The translations under genes were made by a program, and so were the position numbers. A stretch of DNA of 64,000 nt, taken from assembly GCF_963921235.1 (NCBI RefSeq), contig NC_086109.1:3040001-3104000 (forward strand), read 5' to 3'. The notes beneath the pieces were generated by a model, which was not told the origin of the DNA, made no database searches, and saw only the letters and a program-made list of their open reading frames with translations. The first letter of the stretch is position 1, and each line of letters starts with the position of its first letter. Positions 32,620 to 46,285 of this stretch are shown here, in pieces. This DNA comes from Mobula hypostoma (Eukaryota).

Positions 32620-33525
32620 GAGGCTGGGTGGAGGGTGGGGGTGTGCGGACGTGATGCAGAGTCCGAGCGAGGTCGAGGAGGAGACGTCGGAGCAAGATTG
32701 AGGCACGTTCAGTACAGAGTCAGAGTGAGAGATGGAATTGGAGCAGAGGAGTTTGAGAGCCCATTCACCTAAACCAGGAGCGAGGTCTGATCCGTCTAAA
32801 CACCAAGCTGATTTTGAAAGGTCAGATACAGGCCAAAGCGTGATGGCAGGGTCCAGGCACAGAGTGTATTGATGCGACAAGGCCCAGATCTTGATCGGTC
32901 GACGTTTCGGGCCGGAACCCTTCGTCAGGACTGTGGGTCCTGATGAACGGTTCCGGCCCGAGACGTCGACCGATCTTTTCCACGGATGCTGCCCGACCTG
33001 CTGAGTTCCTCTAGCGTGTTGTGAGTGTTGCTTTGACCCCAGCATCTGCAGATTATTTTGTGTTTAGGGCCCGGATCTTAGAGTGAGGGATGACTGATGT
33101 TTAAACACCAGGCCAGACGAATTGGAAATGCAGGGTGTCGGGACTGGAGGCAAGGGTTGGGCCATTTTTGCTCACTGCCCCATTCTTCGCTGGACTGAGG
33201 CCGAGGCTGCGGGCCTGCTCCGGGTTTCGTATCTGTGAGCTCCACAATGATCTGCCCCACTGTGTGATGAATTGAGAAACTGAGAATGAGGCTGTGGCCC
33301 TTCTCTGGCTGACCAGGATTCGTGTCTGTGGACTCACTTTCATTCCGCTGTTGTTTGCACAATCTGTGTTTCTTTTCTCTCACAGCACGTCGGGTGTTGG
33401 TTGGTCTTTTTTAAATGGACTCTTTCCGCTTTCTTGTTTTATGGCTGACTGTAAGCAGACAAATCTCAAGGTTGTATAATTTATACACACTTTGATAATA
33501 AATGTACTTTGAACTTGTACTTCGA
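32620..33525 (+). mobile_element. Family D element (long copy)
   Basis: Body homologous to 54185-54980 and 59140-59750; shared tail. Confidence 0.65.
32893..33067 (+). mobile_element. Penelope-like mini-element with two inverted hammerhead motifs
   Basis: TSD GGCCC(A/G)GATCTT (32881-32892/33068-33079); motifs at 32897-32932 (-) and 32936-32971 (+). Confidence 0.8.
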
Positions 33526-33599
33526 ATCCATGTGTCCCCTCTTGAATACATTTTGATTTTTTTCATGCATGGGTTTGGAGAATTCTAGATCCGTTTTAC

Positions 33600-34300
33600 C
33601 AGAATCAGAATAAGGTTTGATATCACTGGAATATGTTGTGAAATTTGTTGTCTTTGTGGCAGTGGTACATAGTGATACATAATAGTAGAGAAAAAATTGT
33701 ACTAAACTATATATAATAGATAAAATTAATAGATAATGCAAAAATTAAAAAATTTAAAAGTAGTGAGGTAATGTTCATGGTTCAATGTCCATTTAGGAAT
33801 CGGATGGCTGAGGGGAAGAAGCTGTTCCTGAAATATTGAGAGTGTGACTTCAGGCTCCTGTACCTCCTACCTGTTGTAGTAACGAGAAGAGGGCATGTCC
33901 TAAGTGATGGGGGTCTTTAATGTGGATGACACCTCTCTTCCTTGAAGATGTCCTGGGTACTACAGAGGCTAGTGCCCATGGTGGAACTGACTAAGTTTAC
34001 AGCTCTCTGCAGCTTATTTTAATCCTACCCCCCTCCCTGCTCCACACCCAATACCAGATGGTGATGCAGCCATTTAGAATGCTCTCCATGGTATATCTGT
34101 AGAAATTTGTGAGTGTCTTTGGTGACATAGCAAATCTCCTCAAACTCCTAATGAAATATAGCTGCTGTTGTGCCTTCTTTTTAGCAACATCAATATGTTG
34201 GGCCTAGGATAGATCCTCAGTAATGCTGACACCCAGGAACTTCTGATCTCTCTACGGGTGTGTTCCCTCGTCTTACCCTTTCTGAAATCCACTATCAGTT
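33600..34300 (-). mobile_element. Rex1-type RT C-terminus and 3' UTR
   Basis: Homologous to 24897-25264; CAGAAT-type tail. Confidence 0.7.
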
Positions 34301-35369
34301 TTTTTTGCTCTTTGGTTTGGGAACTGCATATTTGAAATTACTGTGACAAAACCTAATTCTAAAAGTAACAAGGTGGAAACACTGAGAGCTGGAACCGGTA
34401 TTGGGGCTGATACGCTTTTACACTTCCTTTAAGTATTTATAACTAGGATGGACGTAATATACTTGGTACTGTTTGCAGCTACTTTCAAGCCAATTGTGCC
34501 TTAGTAAACCTGAGGTAACAAATTATAGGTTTTGAACAGCTGTCATCCAAGTCCATCTTTCCAACAGCTTAACATAGTCACATGAAAAGATAGCCATGTA
34601 GATGAGTGTCAATGGACTTGACACAGAAACTGTTCCTTCTCAGAATCCAGCATTTCATCTGTCTGCCTGGTTGCCTCTTCCACTTGTGAGTGAGATAAAA
34701 GATAAAGAAAGGAAAGCAGGAACAATAGATTCAGAGAAACAATTTTCTAATGACCTGGGGGTTGACAGTAGCTTAATGGCCAGGAATGCTATAGCAACCA
34801 GAACCTGTAGAGAGTTCGTGAAATAAATATGGGCTGATATCGTCTAATAGAGACAGTTTATATCTCTAAGTAGAAATAAAAGGTTGAACTGCAAGAAAAT
34901 TTGAAGGGATGATTTTTTCTGAATTATAGTTGGGAATATTTATCAAGAGACTACTATCATTGAAAATACAGTAAGTTCTTTTTTATCCAGAGTCTGTGGA
35001 TCTTGAATTACGATCCAATGGGCAAAAAAATTGCTTTTATGAAAATAAGAAAAGCGAGTTTTATTTCTGAATTGGGAAAAAACACGTTTGGTTGATCTAT
35101 GTTCATACATGGGGCAGCTCCACGGTTGCCTGTTGTAAAGCAACAACCTCTAAAGACTGGGGCTTCCTTGTTGTTATGCAGGATCTGGGACCAGAGAATA
35201 GAAATGAACTTTATTGCCTTTGCTCCAGACAACATGATTGCAGTGCTACTCCAGTCTGTGCAAAACACACATTTACAACGCATGTGTCACAGCTTAATTA
35301 AAAAAATCCTATATCTACATGCAACAAGTGACTTTGATAGTCCATAACTCTCAAAGGCCGTTGGACAAT

Positions 35370-35900
35370 CCAGGGTGTAGTATTATTCAACTGCACAACA
35401 GCCTTCAGAAAGAAGCTGTTTTTCAGCCTTACTGCCCTGGCTAAGATATTTCTGTGTCTCCTATCGGTTGGCAGGAGGTTGATCAGTGTCCAGGATGGGC
35501 CAGATCTTTAACGATGTTACAACCACATCAAGATTTGTAGATTGTCTCCAGGTCCAGCAGTTGAGTCCCAGTATTGTCCTAAGCTGGCCTAATCACCGAT
35601 TAGAGTGCTTTGTGATCTGTCTTGCTGCAGCTTGAGTATCACACTGTCATTCCGTATGTCAGTACGCTCTCTACTGCACATCGATAAAAAAACGGCCGGC
35701 ACTTCTTTGGGCAGATTAGCTCTCCTTAAGCACCTCAGATAATCGCTGTTGTGCCTTCCCTACTATTGAGGTTGAGTTTATGGACCAACAGAGATAAAAA
35801 TCCTCAAAAATCTGAAACTGGAGACCCTTTCCACTACTTCACCCAGTGAGGCTTGTTCAGGACATCTTACTTTCCTGAAGTTAATTATGATTTATTTTGT
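35370..35900 (-). mobile_element. Degraded Rex1-type fragment
   Basis: GAAAGAAGCTGTT (NSFF on minus), AAGCACCTCAGATAA. Confidence 0.5.
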
Positions 35901-37980
35901 CTTCCTGATGTTGTCAGCACAGTAGCAGCCACTGTGATCCAACCAACCAGACTACAATGTCTGTATTGTAGAACTTTATCCACACCTAGGAAACACTTGC
36001 CCTTTAGTTTCATGGTTCTATCTAAAAGACTCAGATATTCTGTATATTTCTGTACTTCATGCATTCAAATTCTACTCCACATCCGACCTCAAGTGAATCT
36101 AGATTCTGAAAGAATTTTAATGAAGTTGCCTGCTCCTGGGTGAATGTTCAGTGCTTCCTGCAATGTCGCGGTTATTATTACTCTCTGCTTGGTCACCTTG
36201 GGTGCATCCAGTACCTTTAACACATTGCTTCAGGTCGCCCATAATCAGCTGACCCTGAACCAACGCAATGTTTCTGCAGCAAAGGCTACCTGCTGGGGAA
36301 CTCGGGGGCTGAGCAGCATCTGTATGGGTAAAGGATTTGTTGACATTTAAGATTGACGCCCTGCATCAGGGCTGAAATTTTTGCAGTTCCATCTCTGCAG
36401 TCCCTTTAATTATCATTCACTCAGGGTTGATTTTTTTCACAAAGAATTCAGAGAGCTGTAACGTACGAAGCTGCCATACACCCTTGAGACGTTTACAGTA
36501 TTTTCTATTGCCCAAGCCTCCTTCAATGGCTGAAAGATGTTCCATAAAGGGAGACCTTATTAAACATCTTTGAGCCAGCGACCTGTGATTCTGGTGCAAT
36601 GAACAAGATGCTGAAGGAACTCAATGGTTCAGACTGCATCTCAAGGTACATTTATTATCAGAGTATGTATACATGATACAACCTTGAGATTCGTCTCCTT
36701 ACAGGCGGCCACGAAACAAGAAACCCAAAAGAATCCATTAAAAAAATGAAGATTCTGTAGAGGGAAATGGACAGTTGATATTTCAGGTTGAAACTAAACT
36801 TTGTGTTTGTGGACTCATTGACCTTAATTACACTTTGACTTAACTCAGGGGCTTTGCCTGTCCCCCAGCGTTATAGAACAAGTCCCGTCATGCGCTCTTG
36901 TGTCCCTGATACTCAAGCAATGGCAAAGACTTGTCAGTAACTTGTTGGTTTAAAGGAGCAGGCCACTGTGGGCAGAGCTGGTGTTATGCACAGAGTCAAT
37001 GAATGGTGAATGAAACATACCTTAGGCATGTACTGAACTCACTTACCATTGGGCTTTTATACCACAAAAGGACAAAACCCTGCAGGCACCCCCATGTGTA
37101 TTTGAACAGGGAAAGCAATGGTGTCCTTGCATTAGACTGTAGAAACTTTACTGAGACGTGAATAGTCTGTGTATTTAACTTAATGTCAAATCATGGACAG
37201 AATCTGAAATAGATTAGATTATGAAGACACGCAGTCCTCTTTTATTGTCATTTAGTGATGCATGCATTAAGAAATGATACAATATTTCCTCCAGTGTGAT
37301 ACCACAAAACACAGGACAGACCAAGACTGAAAAAACTAACAAAACCACATAATTATAACACATAGTTACAAACAGTGCAACAATACCATAACTTGATGAA
37401 GAAGTCCATAAGCACAGTAAAAAGTTCAAAGTCTCTCAAATGTCCCACATCTCACGCAGACGGGAGAAGGAAGAAAAACTCTCCCTGCCATGCCCGACCA
37501 CAGTCCGAATCTGAGACATCCGAAAACTTCGAGCCTCTGATCATCTCTCCGACACCAAGTACTGAGTGCCATCCCTGTCTGAATAGTGAGGAAGCAATTA
37601 CATTGAGAGAGTAATTATTGTGCAATGGGGGGGGGGAATGGGGGTTTCTGGGTTCTGATCTTTCTATGATTCATTCTATTGGGGTCCGTATTTTGTGGAT
37701 GCCTGTGAACAGTAAGAATTTCAGGTTCTATGCTGTATACATTCTCTGATACTCACTTGAACCATTTGAAATTGTCACTGTAACTTTCAAAGTCTCCAAC
37801 TATGATCAAAATCCAAAAGAGTGAGACTTAACTATTCTTAAAGTAAATGAATGGGAGCAAAGTTTATTAAACAGTCAATAAAATTAAACACGCCATCAAA
37901 ATTAATCACCAATTCTTGCTTAAGATCATTATTACCGTTTCCCAAGTGGAAACATTATGTATACTGCAACGGTATGTTTT

Positions 37981-40520
37981 GAATTGAATTGACTTTATTT
38001 CTTACATCCTTCGCATACATGAGGAGTAAAAATCTTTATGTTACGTCTCCATCTAAATGTGCTATGTGTAATCATAGTAATTTATAATAATTTATAATAA
38101 ATAGAACAGTCAATGTAATATAGAGTACACTCAAATCAGTGTGAGTTCATCAGTCTGATGGCCTGGTGGAAGAAGCTGTCCCGGAGCCTGTTGGTCCTGG
38201 CTTTTATGCTGCGGTACCGCTTTCCCGGATGGTAGCAGCTGGAATAGATTATAGTTGGGATGACTTGGGTCCCCAATGATCCTACGGGCCCTTAATACAT
38301 ACCTGTCCTTGAAGATGTCTTGAATCATGGGAAGTTGACAACTACAGATGCGCTGGGTTGTCCGCACAACTCTCTGCAGAGTCCTACAATTAAGTGAAGT
38401 ACAGATCCCATACCAGGCAGTGATGCAGCCAGTCAGAATGATCTCAATTGTGCCCCTATAGAAAGTTCTTAGGAGTTGGGGGCCCACACCAAACTTCCTC
38501 AACCATCTGAGGTGAAAGAGGCACTGTTGTGCCTTTATTTTTGCGACATTGAGGGAGAGGTTGTTTTCTTGACACCACTGTGTCAGAGAGCTGACTTCTT
38601 CCCTGTAGGCCACCTCGTTATTGTTTGAGTTAAGGCCAAACAATGTAGTGTCGTTGGAAAATTTAATTAGCAGATTGGAGCTGGGAGTGACAACATGGTC
38701 ATGGGTATACAGGGGGTAAAGGAGGGGACTTAGTATACAGCCCTGAGGGGCTCCTGTGTTGAGAGTCAGAGGGATGGAGGTGAGGGAGCCCACTCTTACC
38801 ACCTGCCGGCAATCTGACAGGAAGTCCAGGATCCAGCTGCACAAGGCAGTGTCAAGGCTGAGGTCTCCGAGCTTCTTGTCAAGCCTGGATGGAACTATGG
38901 TATTGAATGCTGAACTGTAGTCCAAGAACAGTATTCTCACATAAGCATCCTTCTTCTCCAAATGTGTAAGGACGGTATGTAGAGCAGTAGCTATTGCATC
39001 ATCTGTCGATCGGTTGTGTTGGTTGGTGAATTGTAGGGGGTCCAGTTTTGGGTGGTAGCAAGCTGCAGATGTAACCCTTAACCAGCCTCTCAAAATGTTT
39101 GCTTATTATTAAGGTGAGTACAACAGGACACCAGTCATTCAGGCATGTTACCCTGGTCTTTTTCGGTACATGGACAATGGTGGATAATTTGGAGCAGGAG
39201 GGCACTCTACACTGGGGGAGGGAGATTAAAAATGTCAGTGAACACAGCTGCCAGTTGTGCTGTGCACATTCTGAGTACTTGCCCTGGGATGCCGTCCAGT
39301 CCCGCAGCCTTGAGACTGTCCACTCGTTGGAAACATCCGCGTACCTCAGCCTCAGAGATGACCAGGTTGCAGGTTGTAGCGGTGGCTTTCCCCGGAGGCT
39401 CAGAGTTAGCGTCATCGAACCGAGCGTAAACGTGATTGAGCTCATCTGGGCGAGAGGCCGCGATGTTGGCGGCACCACAACGTTTGGCTTTGAAGTCTGC
39501 GATGGGATGCAGCCCTCACCACAAGTCATGTGTGCTATTCGTAGTGAATCTTGACTTAATCTTCTCCCTATATTGTTGTTTCACTGCCTTGATAGATTTG
39601 CGCAGATCACAGCTGCTTTTCCTGAGCTCTGGTTGATCACCAGCGATGTAAGTTCGATGTCGGGCTGTAGATGCTGCTCGCATGGAACTATTGATCCAGG
39701 GTTTCTGGTTCAGGAAGACCCTGACCGACTTCTGGGGGACAGCATCGTCGATGCACTTCCGGATGAAGCAGGTGACTCCATCAGTGAACTTGGAGACATC
39801 CTCATCATGGAAGACATTCCAGTTGACGACATTGAAGCAGTCCTGCAGCATGGAGGCCGATTGGTCAGACCAACAGTGGACGGTTTTAACTGTGGCCACC
39901 TCTTGTTTCAGCTTTTGCCTGTACGTCGGCAAAAGCAGGATTGAAGAGTGATCTGATTTTCCAAAAGCTGGGTGAAGGAGAGCTTTGTAAGCGCTGCGAA
40001 AGGGAGTGTAACAGTGTTCAAGTGTCTTATCCCCACGAGTGCTCACCATGATGTGCTGACAAAACTTCAGAGAGACTTTCGTCAACAACACTCAATTGAA
40101 GTCACCAGCACTGATGAAGGCAGCCTCTGGGTGTGCAGTCTCCAGCGTGTTGATTGTCTCGTACAATTCCTTGAGAGCCGGGTCAGTATCAGCCTGCAGC
40201 AGAATGTACACCGCTGTGATAATAACAGCTGAGAACTCCTGAGGCAGCCAGTCAGATCTGTACAGCAGTACCAGGTATTTCAGGTCTGGGGAACAAAAGG
40301 ATTTGAGTGCATGCACATCCTGGGGGTCGCACCAAGCATTGTTGACCATGAAGCATACCCTTTCTCCTTTACTCTACCCAGTGAGGTTTTACACCTGTCC
40401 ACCCGGAACAGGGAGAACCCGGAGGGCTCAATGGCATGATCCGGTATCTCCTCCATCACCCAGGTCGCCATGAAGCACCAAACGCTGCATTCCTTTGTTT
40501 CCCACTGATAGGAGATTCTT
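37981..40520 (-). mobile_element. Rex1/Babar LINE, disrupted APE-RT ORF
   Basis: Fragments [53 protein letters not shown]; frameshifts; AATAAAG-(TCAAT)n tail. Confidence 0.9.
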
Positions 40521-40740
40521 TCAATGTAGAATCATTCAGTGTTGCTGGTGCTTTGTAAGAGACTATTTCAGACAGTAGTGTTCAATGTTAATCCAACGTT
40601 TGCCATCTGGAAGTGGGCATCCCACAACAGGAAGTGATGATAGTCCAACCATGTACTGTTGCAACATCCACATCAACATCTTTAGCATCCAAAAGATTTG
40701 CATTGAAAAGCAATTTTACATTTCAAAGAGCATCGCTAAT

Positions 40741-41800
40741 AAAACCATAAGACCACAAGATATCAGAGCAGAATTAGGTCATTTGGCCCATCGAGTCTGC
40801 TCAGCCATTTCGTCATGACTGATTTACTTCCCTCTCAGCCCCGTTTTCCCACCTTCTCCCCGTAAGCAAAAGAGAGGGTATACAAGGAAGCCAGAGCTAG
40901 AGGGAAGATAGAGGATTGAGAAGCTTTTAAAAACTTGCAGAAAAAAACTAAGCAGGTCATTAGGAAGGAAAAGATGAATTATGGAAGGAAGCTGGTGACT
41001 AATATCAAAGAAGATATTAAAAGCTTTTTTAAGTATATAAAGGGTAAAAGAGAGGTGAAGGTAGATATAAGACCAATAGAAAATGACGCTAGAAATATTG
41101 TAATGAGAGATGCAGAGATGGCAGTGGAACTGAATGCGCATTTTGCACAATGGAAGACATCTGCGCTATACCGGACATTCAAGAGTGTCAGGGAAGTGAA
41201 GTTTGTGCAGCGAAAATTATGACTGAGAAGGTCTCAGGAAGCTTAATGGTCTGAGGGTGGATAAATCTGCTGGACCTGATGGAATGCATCCTTGGGTTGT
41301 GAAGGAAGTAGCTGGAGAGATTGTGGAGGCATTAACGATGATCTTTCAAGAATCGATAGATTCTGGCATTGTACTGGATGACTGGAAAATTGCAAATGTT
41401 ACTCTGCTATTTAAGAAGGGTGGGAGGCAGCAGAAAGGAAACTATAGACCTGTTAGCCTGATATCAGTGGTTGGGAGGTTGTTGGAATCGATGCGGATCA
41501 GACTCGATGGGCTGAATAGCCTACTTCTGCTCCTATATCTTATGGCCTTATCTCTTTATGCCCTGACTAATCAAGAATTTATCAACCTCTGCCTTAAATA
41601 TACTCAATGACTTGTCTTCCATAGGGCCTGTGGCAACGAATTCCACAGAGTCACCATTCTCTGGCTAAAGAAATTCCTTCTCATCCACATTCTAAAAGGA
41701 CACCCCTCTATTCTGAGGCTGTGTTCTCTGGTCCTAGACTCCTCCATGATAAGAAACATCCTCTCCACATCCACTCTATCGAAGTCTTTCAACATTTGTT
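40741..41800 (-). mobile_element. CR1 3' end interrupted by a plus-strand CR1 piece (40866-41550)
   Basis: Minus NFFSQRMVTLWNSLP; plus DKSAGPDGMHP...YRPVSL. Confidence 0.8.
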
Positions 41801-42211
41801 AAAAGAGTGCATCAATAAATAATTAAATTACAAAACAATGAGAGATTTAAGATTTGTGCTGGAATACTGGTTAAGTCTAGTGTAGAAAATTCATTGTCTG
41901 AGTTTTGTTGACAGTCTCATCGTGTATGTAAAGCGTGGAAGAAGGGGTAGGTTTTCACAAAGCTGCCTTGGATAATGTGCTTTTGACAATAATTGCTAAT
42001 TGAAAAATTAGAAAGTTTCTCTGAGAAATGGAATCCAATTAAAGGTAAATCAAATGGAGTTTCCTCCTGTGCAGCCACAGCTAAATAATGCAACCTGTTT
42101 GTCAATTGTCATTATTGTTCATCACACAATCACACCTCAATGCACCCACACGTGTACACACACACACCTCAATGTGCACACACACACACACACACACCTC
42201 AATGCACACAT

Positions 42212-42456
42212 TGTTGTGTATTTAATATTTAGGTAATATTTGAGTAATCTTGTAGATATAGGTTGATTAAACATCCTTGTTCATTTAAATAATTTATTAT
42301 GGGTTATATGTAAAAATACATGAATTGCATATGCGTCAAAGTACTAAGTGGCATGTGCACACTTTGTTTGAAGTAAACACAAAGTTAGACCCGCATTTTG
42401 GACTCCCGTGTCTTCCTTTGAATTAGCTTAATGTTTTGAAGTTACAAAACACAACA
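42212..42456 (+). mobile_element. Small solo LTR-like insertion in a (CA)n-rich tract
   Basis: 8-bp inverted termini TGTTGTGT/ACACAACA; only CAT is duplicated in the flanks. Confidence 0.5.
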
Positions 42457-42829
42457 CATCTCAATTCACCACGTGTACAACACACGTCCCAATGTGCACA
42501 CATGTGCATGCACATACCCCAGCTCACACACACACACACACACACATCAATGTGTGCACGCCTCGACGTACGTATTTTTGTTCCTCCAAAGCTTCTCTGG
42601 TCATGCTTACTGCTTACCGTGAGGCCCAGGAAGGAGAAATGGCAGCAGCTATGAGAAACATGTGGATCAGGTGTGGAGCAGTTTGATTGTTTACCGTGAG
42701 AAGTGAATCAAAAGGGACGATGGGTCTCGAAGAATTGCCAGCCTTGAGGGGGGTGTGCTGCTGTCAAGTCAAAGTGCGGCGAGAGGGAAAGGTAAGATAC
42801 TTCTATCAGTTTTCTTAGCTCTGTTAGAG

Positions 42830-44520
42830 AAGGCAGAGAGTGGTAGTAGATAGCTGCCTCTCTAACTGGAGGCCTGTGACTAGTGGAGTGCCTCAGGGAT
42901 TGGTGCTGGGTCCATTGTTGTTGTCATCTATATCAATGATCTGGATGATAATGTGGTTAACTGGATCGGCAAATTTGCAGATGACACCAAGTTTGGGAAT
43001 ATAGTGGACAGTGAGGAAGGCTATCACGGTTTGCAGTAGAATCTGGACCAGCAGGAAAAATGAGCTGAAAATTGGTGGATGGAATTTAATGCAGACTATT
43101 GTGAGGAAAATGGCGGATGGAATTAAATGCAGACAAGTGTGAGGTGTTGCACATCGGTAGGACCAACCAGGGTAGGTCTTGCACAGTGAATGGTAGGGCA
43201 CTGAAGAGTGTGGTAGAACAAAGGGATCTGGGAAAACAGGTCCATAAGTCATTGAAAGTGGTGTCACAGGTGGACAGGGTTGTAAAGAAATCTTCTGGTA
43301 CATTGGCCTTTATGAATCAAAATATAGAGTAAAGGAGGTGGAATGTTATGTTGAAGTTGTACAAGACATTGTTGAGGACTAATTTAGAGTATTATATACA
43401 GTTTTGGTCACTTACCTACAGAAAAGATGTAAATAAGATTGAAAGAGTACAGAGAAAATTTACAAGGTTATTGCCAAATTTGGAGAACCTGAGTTATAAG
43501 GATAGATTGAACAGGTTAGGACTTTATTCCTTGGAAGGTAGAGATTGAGAGGAGATTTGATAGAGCTATACAAAGCGCCTTTACTTCCTGAGAAAGCTAA
43601 GGAAATTTGGCCTGTCCCCTAAAACCCTCACTAATTTTTATAGCTGCACCGTAGAAAGCATTCTTCTAGAGTGCATCACAACCTGGTATGGAAGTTGTCC
43701 TGTCCAAGACAGGAAGAAGCTGCAGAAGATTGTGAACACAGCCCAGCACATCACACAAACCAATCTTCCATCCTTGGACTCACTTTACACCGCACGCTGT
43801 CGGAGCAGTGCTGCCAGGATAATCAAGGACACGACCCACCCAGCCGACACACTTTTCGTCCCTCTTCCCTCCGGGAGAAAGCTCAGGAGCTTGAAGACTC
43901 GTACGGCCAGATTTGGGAACAGCTTCTTTCCAACTGTGATAAGACTGCTGAACGGATTCTGACCCGGATCTGGGCCGTACCCTCCAAATATCCGGACCTG
44001 CCTCTCGGATTTTTTTGCACTACCTTACTTGCCATTTTCTAGTTATGATTTATAATTTAAATTTTTAATATTTACTATCGATTTGTAATCCAGGGAGTGT
44101 GAAGTGCTGAATCAAATATCGCTGTGATGATTGTACGCTCTAGTATCAATTGTTTGGTGACAATAAAGTAAAGTAAAGTAAAATGATGAGGGGTATAGAT
44201 AGGGTAAACGCAAGCAGGCTTTTTCCACTGAGGTTGGGTGGGACTACAGCTCGAGGTCATTGTTTAAGGGTGAAAGATGAAAAGGTTAAGGGAGGCATAA
44301 GAGGAAACTTCACACAGAGGGTCGAGAGAGTGTGGAATGCATGAAGCTTGATTTCAACGTCTAAGGGAAGTTTGGATAGGTACGTGGAAGGTAGGATATG
44401 GAGGGCAATGTTTGCAATGCAGGTCAGTGGGAGTAAGCAGTTTAAATGGTTTGCCATGGACTAAGTTGGCTAAAGGGCCTGTTCTTTTGCTGTACTTTCC
44501 CTATAACTCTAAGACTCTAG
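42830..44520 (+). mobile_element. CR1 RT and 3' end, degraded
   Basis: VTSGVPQG, KFADDTK, IERVQRKFTRLLP. Confidence 0.85.
43575..44183 (+). mobile_element. Young Rex1-type 3' fragment nested in CR1
   Basis: RLYFLRKLRKFGL...RFGNSFFPTVIRLLN; (GTAAA)n tail. Confidence 0.85.
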
Positions 44521-45529
44521 CTGTTAAAAGGGCAATGGCAGTCAATCAGTGGAACGGTGTTCTCCTCCTGTGAGATGTGGTAGATCTGGGAGATTCAAAT
44601 GCTCCTGATGTCTGTGGGACCACACAGTACAGAAACAGGCCATTCAGCCCATCTCATCTACACTGACTATTGCACTAAACCCATTGACAATCACGCTCCA
44701 CAGCCTTCTATACAATGGCAATTCAGGTATTTGTATAGATGTCCCTGGCTCCTTCAGCTTCTCAAGCATCTTGTTCCAGGTTCCAACTACTCGTTCAGAT
44801 CCCCTCTAAATGCCTGTCGTTCACTTTGTAAATATACTCTCTTGTTTTAGGCAGCTCTACCATAGGAAATGGTCTCTTATAATCTACTGGAGGAGCTCAG
44901 CAGGTCAGGGCAGCATCTACGAATGGGAATAAACAGTCGACATTTCGGGCTGAGGCTCCTCATCAGGATTCAAAGAGTCTCAGCCAACACATTGTGTGTA
45001 TTGCTCTAGATTTCCAGCATCTGCAGTATCCTGATGTCTTTGTCTAACCTACCCTATTCATCCCCTCATTCACAGACTTCAATCAGGTCCCCAGTTAGCC
45101 TCCTTGACTCCAGGTAAAACAAACCCAGCTTATCTAGTCTCTGCTTCTAACTAAAATGCTCCAATCTAGGCAACATCCCGGAGAATCTCCTCAGCACTTT
45201 TTCCAGATTCCAACTTCAGGTGGACAACCACCTCTGTAGGGAAAAAAAACATTTTATTCGAAGTCATAGCTGCTACATAATAGAAACAGGCCTTTCGGCC
45301 CATCTCAACCATGCTGACCAAAATACCTTATTTATGTTAATCCCACTTTCCTGCATTTTGCCCATATTTCTCTTTTCCTGTTCTGTCCAATGCTTCTTAA
45401 ACATTCTGATTGTACCTGCTTCTGTCTCATCCTCTCGTAGTCTGTTCTCTCTGCCCTCCACCATCTGTGTGATTACACCTGCAGGAAGTGATTCCATTGC
45501 AGGCTCATGTCTGTGGCATTAGTTGGAGG

Positions 45530-46285
45530 TGTAACCCAACAAGTAGAAGAGGGTGGATTCCATCAGTTTGGACTCCAGCAAGGCCTTCAACGAGATCCCA
45601 CACAGCAGGCTAGTCTGCGAGGTTATGTCCCATCGAATCCAAGGAGAGCAAGTTGGATGGGCTCAAAATTGGCTCAAAGGTAGAAGCAGAGGATGAGATT
45701 TTAAAGCGATGGGATGTTATGTTGAAGTTATTGGTGAGGCCTAAATTGAAGTATTGTAGTCACCTACCCACAGGAAAGGTGTAAATAATGTTGAAAGAGC
45801 ACAGAGAAGATTTACAAGCCTGTTGTCAGAACGAGAGGACCTGAGTTAGATGGAAAGATTGAATAACTTGGGACATTATTCTTTGCAATGTAGAAGATTG
45901 AGAGGAAATTTGATGGATCTTTACAGAATTTATGAGGGATATAGATTGGGTAAATGCAAGCAGATTTTTTTCCCCCACAGACGTTGGGTGGGACTAAAAC
46001 CAGATGTCATAGGTTAAGGGTGAAAGGTGAAAAGTTTAAGGGAAACATGAGGGGAAACTTCTTCGCTCAGAGGGTAGTGAGTGTAGAACGAGCTGCCAGT
46101 GCAAATGGTGCATGAGAACTCGATTTCAACGTTAAGAGAAGTTTCAATAGGTACATGGATAATAGGGATATGGAGGGTTATGTTCCCTGTTCGGGTCATT
46201 TGGAGCAGGCGGTTTAAATGGTCCAGCATGGACCAGATGGGACAAAGACCCTGCTTCTGTGCTGTACTTTTCTATGACTCTATTT
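45530..46285 (+). mobile_element. Degraded CR1 3' portion
   Basis: Colinear with 43330-44500; TTCTATGA tail. Confidence 0.75.

Noticed and set aside
38131..39093. 320-aa ORF as a functional RT
   Set aside because: Catalytic motif reads FSND, part of the C-terminal RT region is deleted, and upstream parts are frameshifted
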